Positions 51,905 through 63,394 of a DNA stretch of 64,000 nt are shown piece by piece; position 1 is the first letter of the stretch; each line of letters opens with the position of its first letter. The notes under the pieces were generated by a model, which saw nothing but the letters and a program-made list of their open reading frames with translations, did no database searches and was not told the DNA's origin. The DNA is taken from the NCBI GenBank assembly GCA_030324005.1, contig JARDVH010000193.1, forward strand, positions 35,137,001 through 35,201,000, written 5' to 3'. A program made the position numbers and the translations under genes. The DNA is from Negaprion brevirostris (lineage: Eukaryota).

Positions 51905-52585
51905 GCAGCACAGGAACGAGCCCACCAAGCTTGTGCCAATTCCTAATCATTATTTGGACCCACTATTTATTGCCCATACGTGATTTCTATAGTTTCTATC
52001 CCTCTGTTCACCTCCCATTCATGGGTCTATCAAGGTATGCCTTGAGTATTGCTGACGTGTCAACTTCCGATACCTCCACTGGCAGTGTTTTCCAGGCACC
52101 CACCTGTGTGTGGAAAAACTTACATCTCCCCTAAATTTTCTTCCTGTCACCTTGAACATGTGCTACCTTGTAGTTGACCTTCCCACTGTGGGATGAAGGT
52201 TTTGACTATCCAAAGGATCATTTGGACTCAACATCAGTTCTTTTCTCTCTTTACAGATGCTGCCAGATCTGCTGAGAATTTCTTTTGGCTACTCATCTTT
52301 CATTCCCTCACCCTACTGTATAAATAACTCCCATTCTCTATGCCCTTTAGCTTTGACAAAGGTCACCTGGGCTCGAAACATCAGTTCTTTTCTTTCCTTA
52401 CAGATGCTGCCCCGACCTGCTAGATTTTCCAGCTTTTTCACTTTTGGCCTCAGATTATCCTCCCTGTCTGTGCCCCTCATAATTTTGTAGACTTCTATCA
52501 GGTCGTTCCCTCAGCCTCTGTTTTTCCTGTGAAAACAATCCAAGTTTATCCAACCTCTCCTCGGACCTAAAACCATCCAGACCAA
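51905..52585. mobile_element. Antisense CR1 3' end interrupted by tandem Penelope-like terminal repeats (52210-52455)
   Basis: CR1 tail motifs flank two copies of ATCAGTTCTTTTCT...TTACAGATGCTGCC. Confidence 0.7.
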
Positions 52586-53622
52586 ACATTGCGTTCCATA
52601 AAATAAAGAATCATAATACCTGTTATAAAGAGCTAGTAAAAAGACATGCTGGTTGATCTGTGATAAGCTGTGCATTCAACTTGAATGTTGTTGCTATGAA
52701 GTACAAAACATCCTCTGTTCTTTGTTGCTGCCTCCTCTGAAGAAAGGAAGTTTTTCTCCCAGTTCCAAAATGAATTTGTTTCCCAAACCTGCTGAACTGT
52801 GACTGCAGTATTGGAAACAGGTACAAGTTCCAGATAAATGGGACTTCTGATGGAAGGCAGACCATTTAGAAAGAAAGACAGTGCTTAATTTACATTAGAC
52901 TGCTTTAAAGGCCTAAAAACGTGAAGCTAAAAAGATCTTTTTAGTATCAGAAAGTTTTTTAATGCCAATGTCTTAAACATTAACCCAATGTTTCTCTGAT
53001 ATACGATACTTAATTTTTAAAACAAATTTTTATACACAATTTAATGATCAATTTTATGAGAGCATGTTTTGCTCTACAAACCCAAGGCAATAAATAAGCA
53101 CTGAGGTTGAAGATTGTTAAAATATTAATAAGATTGACCTTAATAATGCTCCCTTGCAGACTGAATCAAGGTGATAATTTGTTAATTGTGTTTTGTTAAT
53201 TGCTCACGCCATCTGTGTTGAGAAATATCTTGTTTGCTGAAATACTGTGGCAAGCTGTAATCACAGACACTCTTGTCAGATTCAACAAAGACTCCCAATT
53301 CAGTGCGGTTTTTAAACTGAAGCTGCAAGACCCTACAAGCTTTGCCCAGTAGATAATACAGCAAGGTTGTTAACGAGTTAAAGTCAATCTGGAGAATTCA
53401 CTGCTTTTGGGAAGCCCAATGTGTTTGTTATATCATATTATTGTACACTGATAAATTAGACTGATACGAGTCAGATTAGAATTGCTATTCTGACATTAAG
53501 TAGATAATGATTCATGTATGTTTTCACCAGGTGTTTTCTAAGCGTGTTGACAAAAAGATCCGAGATGTGTTTAGGGTTATATATGGAAACATATGACCAA
53601 CATAAGGGGCTACCATTGATTT

Positions 53623-53904
53623 TAAAGTTTGTTTATTAGTGTCACAAGTAGACTTGCGTTAACACTGCAGTGAAGTTACTGTGAAAATTCCCTAGTTCCA
53701 CACTCCGGCGCTTGGTCGGGTATGTTGAGGGAGAATTTAGCACGGCCAATGCACCTAACCAGGCTGTGGGAGGAAACTGGAGCACCCAGAGGAAACCCAC
53801 GCAGACACGGGGAGAATGTGCAATCTCCACACAGACAGTGACCCAAGCCAGGAATCGAACCGGGACCCTGGTGCTATGAGGCAACAGTGCCACCGTGCTG
53901 CCCC
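53623..53904 (-). mobile_element. V-SINE variant with an alternative 3' tail
   Basis: HE1-like head and V-domain, but the tail is ...TTTCACAGTAACTTCACTGCAGTGTTAA...CTACTTGTGACACTAATAAA; second copy at 62322-62613. Confidence 0.85.
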
Positions 53905-54249
53905 TGAGTAATGAAGATGCAAAGACGGTGAGCACAATAGGGCCACCTGATCCAATAAGCTATTCCTAAATGTCAGGACTGTATCCCAATACATGTGACA
54001 ATAATAAATCAAATCAAAGTGAAACTAAAACTGGACTTTTCTCTGAAGCATAGCTGTCTCTAACCACATGACACAAACTGTCAATCAATACCAAATCAAG
54101 CTCCACCCAGCAATTCCCAAATGACTAATGATTAAAATCAACATGATGTGCCTTATATTGCTTCAGTAAAAAATAGAGGACACCATCTACAGAAACACAG
54201 TGCTGACAAAATCCTGCAAAGGAACATGATTAAAATACATTTCTTGAAG

Positions 54250-55050
54250 GCACAGTATCATCACAAGTAGCAACATGAATGGTATTTTCCACTAACAGAA
54301 TGCTACTGTCAAGCCAAAAATGTATTCTGACTCCCATATAAATAAGTAATGTGGTATATGAATTTCAGTGCTGATGTGATGCCAGGTATGTGGGCCTTAC
54401 TTTCCAGTGACTGGCAGATCATTTGGAACAGCCTGTTCCTTCAGCTGTTTTCAATTGGCAGAATACTGACAGCACTCAACCTGTACTTGTAAAACTCAGG
54501 ATACAATGCCTAACCTTAGATATAATTCCATGAGTGGACAGCACTTGCTGAATAATTCTGAATGTGCTAAGAATTACATGAACAATGAATGTAAGAATAT
54601 ATGTGAGCTTCTAGCCAGGCTNNNNNNNNNNNNNNNNNNNNNNNNNNNNNNNNNNNNNNNNNNNNNNNNNNNNNNNNNNNNNNNNNNNNNNNNNNNNNNN
54701 NNNNNNNNNNNNNNNNNNNNNCCAGGCTTCTAATCCTTGCTAGAAGCTATGTAGATTCGTACTTGGGGACCTGTCTTTGCCAGAAAAGCACCGTATCCAG
54801 GCATTATTGAGTTAATCAAAAGTGTGGAGGACAATAGTTCAATGATACTTCCTCCATGGCAATGCTTTGACCAACAGAGGCAAGATGCCAACCAGTCAAC
54901 ACCCTTTTGTCATGATGTATAAATTGTTGTTCCTTTTGAAATTTGGAATTCNNNNNNNNNNTCCTGATGAGTGCAAGATGAAAAGCTTTGACAGCATTTC
55001 TCTTTTTTTACAGCAGTACACAAGCTCTGTCCTATCAAGGAACTATAAAC
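54250..55050 (+). mobile_element. Penelope-like element 3' end (GIY-YIG remnant plus hammerhead motif)
   Basis: SNVVYEFQC*CDARYVG (VVY...YVG form of GIY-YIG) and GQHLLNNSECAKNY; CTGATGA...GAAA at 54964-54983. Confidence 0.85.
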
Positions 55051-55319
55051 TGATATCTCTAATCCTGACACCATTTGGTTGAAGCACCTTTTAACCGTAC
55101 AATATAGAGTCATACAGTACACTAAATTTACACGTGATAAGCCTCATGAGGAATCACTGACTGATCTCTCTGTGTGGCTGATTTGAGTATGAGTTCCCCT
55201 GGACTGGGCCTGCTGAAATGTACCCAGACAGGGACAAACATGGTCGTGGTTTTACTTTGCATTCTTCTGTAATGAACTATGTTTCTTTCTAGTTGGGCTT
55301 CCTGAGTCATTACGTTACA

Positions 55320-55740
55320 CTAAGCCCACATTCCAGCACATAGCCCATAGCCTTGATTGTCATGGCACATTCTTTTTAAAGGTTGTGAGGTTTCCTGCCT
55401 GTAATACCCTTCCAGGCTGGACATTCCAGATTCCCACCATCTTCCAGGTGAAAATGATTTTCCTTAAATTCCCTCTAAGCCTCCTGCCCCTTTACCTTAA
55501 AACTATGCCTCCTCATTATTGACCTCTTCAATTAAGAGGAACAGCTGCCTCCTATCCAGCCTGTCCTTACCCCTCATAGTGTTATACACCTCAATCCGGT
55601 CCCCCATCAGCCTTCTCTGCTGTAAATAAAACAACCTGAGCCTATCCAGCCCTTCTTTATAACTCAAATGCTCCATCACAAGTAGCATCCCTGGTGAATC
55701 TCCTCTGCACCCTCTCCAGTACAACCACATCCTTCTTATG
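55320..55740 (-). mobile_element. CR1-type LINE 3' fragment
   Basis: KDVVVLERVQRRFTR and LSYKEGLDRLRLF...GDRIEVY in minus-strand ORFs. Confidence 0.88.
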
Positions 55741-56496
55741 TTTCTCCTTGTTAAAATTGATGCCGGGTGGTAGCCACCAGGATGTTGTTGATGAAGGATT
55801 CACTCTTGCTGGAAGCAGCTGAAATGGTAAAGTCCAAGATTGAAACCAAGTTGTGTACTTATCAACTGAGTGCCTTCCTCTGCCATTCTGCCACCCAATC
55901 TGCATTAGTTAGTCATCTTGGGTCTTTATGACTCTAAGAGTGCCACTTTGCCTGGCCTGCCTCCCCTCAAGGAAATGTTCATGGCTTCATTTTATGTAAC
56001 GTATATTCACACATTAGTTCATTTTTTTACTAAATTTGCTTTAAATGATCAAACTGTGAAGCCATCAAGCCTGCCTCGCTAAGTTGTTAGAGCCTTTGGA
56101 TTAGTTTTAAGTTGAACTGAGACTGATGTCCAAATTCTAGGCTTTCCTTAACCTCTCGAACGTGATGTAGACGCATTTGGTAATGGATATACAAACAAGC
56201 CAGAACCAATTTTATACCCTACACTGCATGTTTTCAGACATCCAACTCTATTGAGTAACGAAGTTACGAAATCAGAAAGAACCTATAAGCTAATCTTATG
56301 CATGAAAGTTCATCATGTCTGGCAAGCTTCCTTGTTTCACAATGAATTTAAAATTTACAAATTAAACTTACTCATGATAAAGAGAGACCCTGTCTTTGCT
56401 CCCTTTTCCATGTTTTTGTGAAATGCACTGCAGATTTAACTCAGGAGTTCAACATTATTGTAGTGCTGCCAAGTTTGTGTGATTTGCACCGGTGTA

Positions 56497-56746
56497 GCCA
56501 GCTATTTACCATTTATATAGATGATCTGGAGGAGGGAAGCGAGTGTGTGGTGTTGAAATTTGCTGATGACACCAAGATTGGTGGAACGGCAAATTGCACA
56601 GAGGGTGTGGAGAGTCTGCAGAAGGATCTAGNNNNNNNNNNNNNNNNNNNNNNNNNNNNNNNNNNNNNNNNNNNNNNNNNNNNNNNNNNNNNNNNNNNNN
56701 NNNNNNNNNNNNNNNNNNNNNNNNNNNNNNNTTATGTTCTTATGTT
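56497..56746 (+). mobile_element. CR1-type LINE fragment, mostly in a gap
   Basis: QLFTIYIDDLEEGSECVVLKFADDTKIGG, then a gap, then TTATGTTCTTATG tail. Confidence 0.88.
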
Positions 56747-56931
56747 CAATGCAAAAAAAAAATTTGAAATGAGAAATAAATTCTCAGTGAATTCCTGTCA
56801 AAGTCATTGCGGCATCGTTCAATACTTGTATGTTATTAGTACTGCAGCTTTAGGCAATGGGACAAATACACGGTTAAATGAAAAAAATCCCCAAATTTGC
56901 TGAGTTGCAGACAAATAGCTTTTTCAAAATG

Positions 56932-57069
56932 GTGGCTAGAGTTCTCCAATGTTATGCACCCTACCACCACTGCCAGTGAGAATGGAGAATTTGGCACTCT
57001 GCTAAAACTCCATTCACTGCAGCATGACTGGAGAATCCCAGCTGCAGGAGAGCTTGGAGAATTCCAGTC
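56932..57069. mobile_element. MITE (Harbinger-like)
   Basis: TIR-like GGCTAGAGTTCTCCA...TGGAGAATTCCAGTC; inverted relative to 38268-38413. Confidence 0.7.
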
Positions 57070-57272
57070 GATATTTCCCTGTCTGGTTCATGAGTGAAAT
57101 GTGTGAACTTGGTTTGCATAGAAGATTTAAACCAAACTAGTCACAGAAAGTTAAACCTTGTCCATTTGCAGTCAAAGTACCCACTGCATGTTGTGGCAAC
57201 CAATCCCTTTGGCACTGAAAATCAACTGTTACAACTGTGGAGTTTCATTTCAGGAATTGTTGGAGACTTTAA

Positions 57273-57603
57273 AATCATAGCATCACTGCAGGTCAGAAAG
57301 AGGCCATTCAGCCCATTGAGCCTACACTGACAACAATCTCACCCAGTCCCTGTTTCCATAACTCTACGTATTTACTCTGCTAATCCCCCTAATCTTGGCT
57401 TACTAAGGGGCAATTTAGCTTGGCCAATCAACCTAATCCACATACCTTTGCACTGTGGGAGGAAACTGGAGCACCTGAAGGAAACCCGCACAGACGTGAG
57501 GAGAATGAGCAAACTCTGCACAGACAGAAACCGGAGGCCGGAATTGAACCTGGATCCCTGGTGCTGTGAGGCAGCAGTGCTAACCATTGTGCCACAATGC
57601 TGG
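57273..57603 (-). mobile_element. HE1-type V-SINE
   Basis: Antisense tail, V-domain and tRNA head. Confidence 0.88.
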
Positions 57604-58007
57604 CTTAAGTTGTAAAATTTCAACTTTTTTTCTTTTCCTTTTTGCCTGTTTCTCGCAATCCGATCTTTCATTCCCTCTCTTTATCTCTATTTCTGTATTG
57701 GATATTGAATTCACACACTTGCACTGTCAGCCACGTTCAGGGAATGTGAAATTAAGATCCATAGTCTTTTGCCCTGGTCACTTTGGTTCCAGGTGCTCTA
57801 TTTCGTTCTCTACAATATTATTAGCTTGAATTTTTAACAAAATGCAGCTTAGAATTTATAAAAACAACAAGGGAGCTCCATCTAATGGTAGGTGATCTGC
57901 TACACCAGATTTTGACCCCATGTCTTTTTCTGTGCATATTTATAAATGTCCAAAAATCATAATGCAATACAAAAAGAACTTTGCCGTAGTAACAATTCAA
58001 GCCTCTG

Positions 58008-58900
58008 TGTTGACTTGGATGAGGGAAGTGAATGTACTATTTCTAAGTTTGTGGGTAACACAAATATAAGTGGAAAGCCAAGTGGTGAGGGTTAAGCAGA
58101 GTCTACAGAGGGATATGGACAGGTCAAGTGGGCAAAAACTTGGCAGATGGAATATAATGTCGGAAAATGTGAAGTTATGCACTTTAAGAAGTATCAAAGA
58201 GCTGAATATTACTTAAATGGAGAAAGATTGCAGAAAGCTGCAGCATTGAGGAATTTGGGGATCCTAGAGCATAAAAAATTAGCATAAAAGTTCAGCAAGT
58301 AATTGGGAAGGCGAAGGGAATGGTGTATAAAAATAGGGAAGCCTTGCCAAAACTACAAAGGTCTCGGTAGACCATACCTAGAATACCATGAACAGTTTTG
58401 ATCCTCTTATCTAATGAAAGATATACCGGCATTGGAGGCTGTCCAGAGAATGTTCATTACGTTGATTCTGGTTATGGAGGTATTTTCTTAAGAGGAGAAG
58501 TTGAGTAGGTTGGGCGTGCGTTCAAGATGACCTCATTCAGACATACAGGATTCTCAAGAGGCTTGATAAGGTCGATGCTGAGTCATTGTTTCCCCTCATG
58601 GGAAAGTCTAGGACCAGAGGGCATAATTGCAAAGTAAATAGTCACCTATTTAACACAGAGATGAGAAGGAATCTCTTCTGAAGTAGTGGATCTATAGAAT
58701 TCTTTACCGCAGGGGGGAGGGTCATTAAGTATGTACAAGGCTGAGAGAGAGAGATTTTTAATTAGCAAGAGATTCAAGGATCTTGGTGATAATGCAGGAA
58801 AATTGAGTTGAGAAGTATCACATCCGATCAGTCACGACCTCATTGAAAGGCAAAGCAGACTTGATGGGCCGAATGGCTGCCTTCTGCTCCCATATCTTGT
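58008..58900 (+). mobile_element. CR1-type LINE 3' portion
   Basis: WAKTWQMEYNVGKCEVMHF, LVDHT*NT and GKSRTRGH remnants; GAATGGCTGCCTTCTGCTCC tail. Confidence 0.85.
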
Positions 58901-59327
58901 GGTTAATTGGCTTACAAAACCTGTGTGCTGTCCACAATGAGGAATCATCCTTGGAGATTGTTCACAATGTCTCAGTAGTGAAGAATAGTATTGATATAAA
59001 ATGCTGTTGACTCCCATTATAGGTTCAAAAAATTTCACAAATAAATGTTACACTTGGATTTTCTAGTAAATTTAAAGGCAGCAATTTATCAGCATATTTA
59101 AGATGTCAAAATTGATTGTGCTTTGTGTAATTGAATTCAATGTGGAATATTAGGTCAGCTTTTTCTCCGATTCAGAGCTGAAATGCAAATTTAGAAATTC
59201 CAATCCTTGCTGGTTTATGGGACCATCGTTTATAGCACAAGACACAATGTCAAAAGAAAACAAAGGTGGGCAACAGAATTTGCAACTGAAAATGATTTGC
59301 CTGTTTCCAGCCATGTGACAACTAACT

Positions 59328-59632
59328 CATGGAATCACAGAATTGTTGTGGTGCAGAATGAGGCCATTTGGCACATCATTAGTGCACTGGCTCTCCAAAC
59401 AAGCATCATGACTTAATGTCATTTCCATGTGCCTCTGCATATTGTTTCTGTTCAGATTATCATCTAATGCCCTCTTGAATGTCTCTGTTGAACCCACCTC
59501 CATCACACTCTCAGACGGTGCATTCCAAACCTGAATCACTCGCTGTGTGAGAACGTTCCTTTTCGTGTCACGTTTGCAAATCATTTTAAACCTGTGCCCC
59601 TGGTTCTTGATCCTTTTATGAGCAGGAACAGG
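59328..59632 (-). mobile_element. CR1-type LINE 3' end
   Basis: RNVLTQRVIQVWNAP; paralogous to 8780-9020. Confidence 0.82.
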
Positions 59633-61373
59633 CCTTCCTCTGGCTTACGTTTAATGTTTCCTTTCTGGTTATGAATAATCCAGAAACTGAACGACAAATC
59701 AAGGTCAGTGCTGGAAGAGTAAAGGTAAGGGAGTAAGTTGGGAAGGAGGCGATGAGGGAAGGGTAAGGNNNNNNNNNNNNNNNNNNNNNNNNNNNNNNNN
59801 NNNNNNNNNNNNNNNNNNNNNNNNNNNNNNNNNNNNNNNNNNNNNNNNNNNNNNNNNNNNNNNNNNNNAGCAGAGAATCATTGGTTGCTAAAATCTAAAC
59901 TGAGTGAATGACGCAAGTATTGGAGATTTACGCATGTCTATCTGCAATCCAAAGACATTTGTGAACATACACCACGCACGGTTTCCCAGAAGCTATCAAA
60001 TGGATTATGTTCGTATGATGTTTAAAGGGCACAGAATGAGAAAGAATCCTGATCCATTATAAACACTGCAAACAACAAAAGCTTACAGGTCCTTAAACTG
60101 ATTTTTTGCAATCTTGATATTCACGACAAAATAATTTTTAAAAACTACATGCCCCAACATTCAAATTCAAGACGAATGTAATGAAAGAACTGGCCATGTG
60201 TGCAGCATAATTCTATTTATTACATTTTAATATGAGAATTAACCTGTTATAATAAAGGGGGGCCATTATATGGCAGCAAGAGGATAAAGATGGGCTCTCC
60301 ATTAAATAGAGACTTTGAAACCTACCCTGTTGGTCTTTAGGATGCTCTCCTGGTCCATTTGCTTTCTCATGTCCTTTCCCACCACGGTGGTCAATATGAT
60401 TTGGAAAGGCTTGACCAGCAGGGAAGTGCAAAGCTTGATTAGGTGGTGGCTGCATAGCAGGCTCCTTGGCTAAATGGTGCATCATTTTTCCTTGATGTGG
60501 TCTATCCGGACCTGTGTTGGTGCAGTTCAGAGAAAGGAGAAAAATCAAGAGGAATTTATCAATTTGTGAAGTGTTCAGAGTGAAGAACAACAGTGGAATT
60601 CCAGATTGGGCCCCTATTCATGACTGGTCAACAGTTGAGCTTCTGCAAAGTGGTTTGGTGTTGTGATGACTTTCTGCTTTCCAACTTGCCAGGCAGTGTT
60701 TCCTGTCGTTTTCGCCCAGAAAACAGTAAAATGTGGCACAAAACCAACTTGAGGCACAAAAGATCAGGGAAGTGTAGGTTGTACGACTTTCACATTTCAT
60801 GAGTTCACATTTCCTGGTTGCCTGTTAAATATACTGTCAGTGGTGTGAGTTGTGGCTCAGAGCTTCCTCAGAAGCAAAGAGGAATTATTTGGTGTAAATG
60901 TGGGACTTTCTTTGGGCCCTCTCTGTTCGTGCTGAATTCTGTTCATTTTCACATTTCTGCTTCCCTGTAGTAGAAATTATCTTTGACTATTTACATTTAA
61001 TGTGGCTACTATAGTAACCAGCTCCACTTTAAGACAGCTATGTATGTATATAGGTGGGGCTGGAGGGGGGGATGCAGTACCGGGTGATGTGCTGCCCAGT
61101 TGGTGATAGAAGTACACAACGACTAAAGATACCTTCACTGACCCTTTGGTCTGACAGGAGTGGCACTTCTGCCAACCAGCAGTTAAGAATACAGCTGCCA
61201 ACTGTAACTTGGTACGTGGTCAGAGGCTGGTTTCTCATGGAAACACATCTTATTTTTAAGGTATACTTCTGTGTCATGGTGTTTAAATTGGCAGTCTGCT
61301 GCTGACAGTAGAGCTGTCGTTAGTGGTAAGTGGACAATGTAAATGTGGCTTTAGTGATGTTAATAATGGAGCA

Positions 61374-61552
61374 ATGATGTGGAGATGCCAGTGTTGGACT
61401 GGGGTGGGCACAGTAACAAGTCTCACAACACCAGGTTAAAGGTGAAGGAGCAGTGCTCCGAAAGCTTGTGATTCCAAATAAACCTTTTAATAATGGAGTC
61501 CACACAGTAAGAAGTCTCACAACACCAGGTTAAAGTCCAACAAGTCCAACTT
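61374..61552 (+). mobile_element. Penelope-like terminal repeat fragments with a partial hammerhead motif
   Basis: ATGATGTGGAGATGCC...CACAGTAACAAGTCTCACAACACCAGGTTAAAG (near-repeat at 61503); TGAAGGAGCAGTGCTCCGAAAGCTTGTG at 61443-61470. Confidence 0.75.
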
Positions 61553-62321
61553 NNNNNNNNNNNNNNNNNNNNNNNNNNNNNNNNNNNNNNNNNNNNNNNN
61601 NNNNNNNNNNNNNNNNNNNNNNNNNNNNNNNNNNNNNNNNNNNNNNNNNNNNNNNNNNNNNNNNNNNNNNNNNNNNNNNNNNNNNNNNNNNNNNNGGGTA
61701 ACATTGGGTTAATTTTGAGGATGTTTGGCTATCATCACATCGTGAAATTTCAAGATAAATGCATTCTCATGCATGTGTAGTAACTCTCTGCAAGAAAGAG
61801 AAACAGCATGCTAATTAGCTCAAGTTAGAAGAATTGTCGCATTAGTTGATGATGTTGCCTTTGGTTTAGCAGAAAGTAATGAAATAAACCCTTCAATGTG
61901 AATCAGGGAAAGTCCATTCCAAAGGCCTATTGTTCGTTTGATCTTTGGTCTGAGTATTGCAACAAGCATTCCAGCAGTACCGAAGGAAAGTGAATTCCTT
62001 ATAATCAACCCTGACATACTTTTTTCACTTATAAATGGAAACAGTGTTTAGTAACCCCACGTAAGGCAGGGATTTGATATATCGTATCTACAGCCCTCTA
62101 TAGTGACACTTTGTTCTGAAATATTCAATTTCTTAATTATTCTGTCATGCTCCGAAGTAAGGGGTTTCTATTTTCATTGCCTCTTATAAATTCCTTCAGA
62201 GAAACAACTAGTTGCTAATTTAGTTAAGGGGATTTGTGTTTAATTTTTGCTTTTCAGAATTTGCCTCCAGAGCACAGGTACCAAGAATCCAGAAAGTCTG
62301 GCAGCATCTTTAGTTTATTTT

Positions 62322-62613
62322 GCTTTATTTATTAGTGTCACAAGTAGGCTTACATTAACACTGCAATAAAGTTACTGTGAAAATGCCCTAGTTGCCACAC
62401 TCGGGTACACTGAGGGAGACCTTCTCATGGCCAATGCACCTAACCAGCGCGTCTTTCAGACTGTAGGAGGAAACCAGAGCACCCGGAGGAAACCCATGCA
62501 GACACAGGACGAACATACAGTCTCTGCACAGACAGTGATCCAAGCTGGGAATCGAACCCGGATCCCTGGTACTATGAGGCAGCAGTGCTAACTATTGTGC
62601 CACCACGCCACCC
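62322..62613 (-). mobile_element. V-SINE variant with an alternative 3' tail
   Basis: Collinear with 53623-53904. Confidence 0.85.
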
Positions 62614-63394
62614 TAACTAGATGAAAACCATTCTTCTAGTTTGAAAGCTCAGCATAATCTCTTCTGATCCAGCACAGAGGAGGGCAGGTTGGGGGAAAGG
62701 GGTTTAAAATCAGTTTGCCAAAACGATCCAGTTGTTGAGCAAGAAAAATATTTTTTCAGAGCATTTACATTTAATCGATGCTTGATGACTAATCCTGTGT
62801 TGACAATTGATTCATCAACACATCTGGCACTTTGGGGATTTTCCAATCTGCAGTCAGAAAAATCTAACAAACGATGTCTGACACAAGCAAAATCTGCGCA
62901 TTAGCCGAGCGGCTCATTCCCTTTGTCGGTTGACAACATTTCAACTCAAGCATTCATTTTCTGCCAATCGATGTTCAAAATGAGTTTCTAGAATAATATT
63001 CAAAATTAGTCAACAAAGCAAAGGCGTGCAGGATGCAACCTCCTCTGTAGCTGGGTGAAAACAGGGCGGATTATGAATAGAATTTGGGAAAAAGGAGTTT
63101 GGAATGTCCAGGGGAGTAGGCCGCATCACCAACCAGCCAGCCCCTCACTTGCTGTGCAGGGTGAGCAGGATGGGAATGGTAGGAGGGTTAGGCAATGGAG
63201 GGTTAAGCATTATTAAAGAATCATGGCCGCCTCCGGAAAATTTGACAGCTGATCTGCATGATGCATTGTGGGTGATGATACACCAGTTGCACGNNNNNNN
63301 NNNNNNNNNNNNNNNNNNNNNNNNNNNNNNNNNNNNNNNNNNNNNNNNNNNNNNNNNNNNNNNNNNNNNNNNNNNNNNNNNNNNNNNNNNNNNC

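Noticed and set aside
60263-60273. CArG box (CCATTATATGG)
   Set aside because: It has seven A/T bases between CC and GG; the SRF consensus has six.
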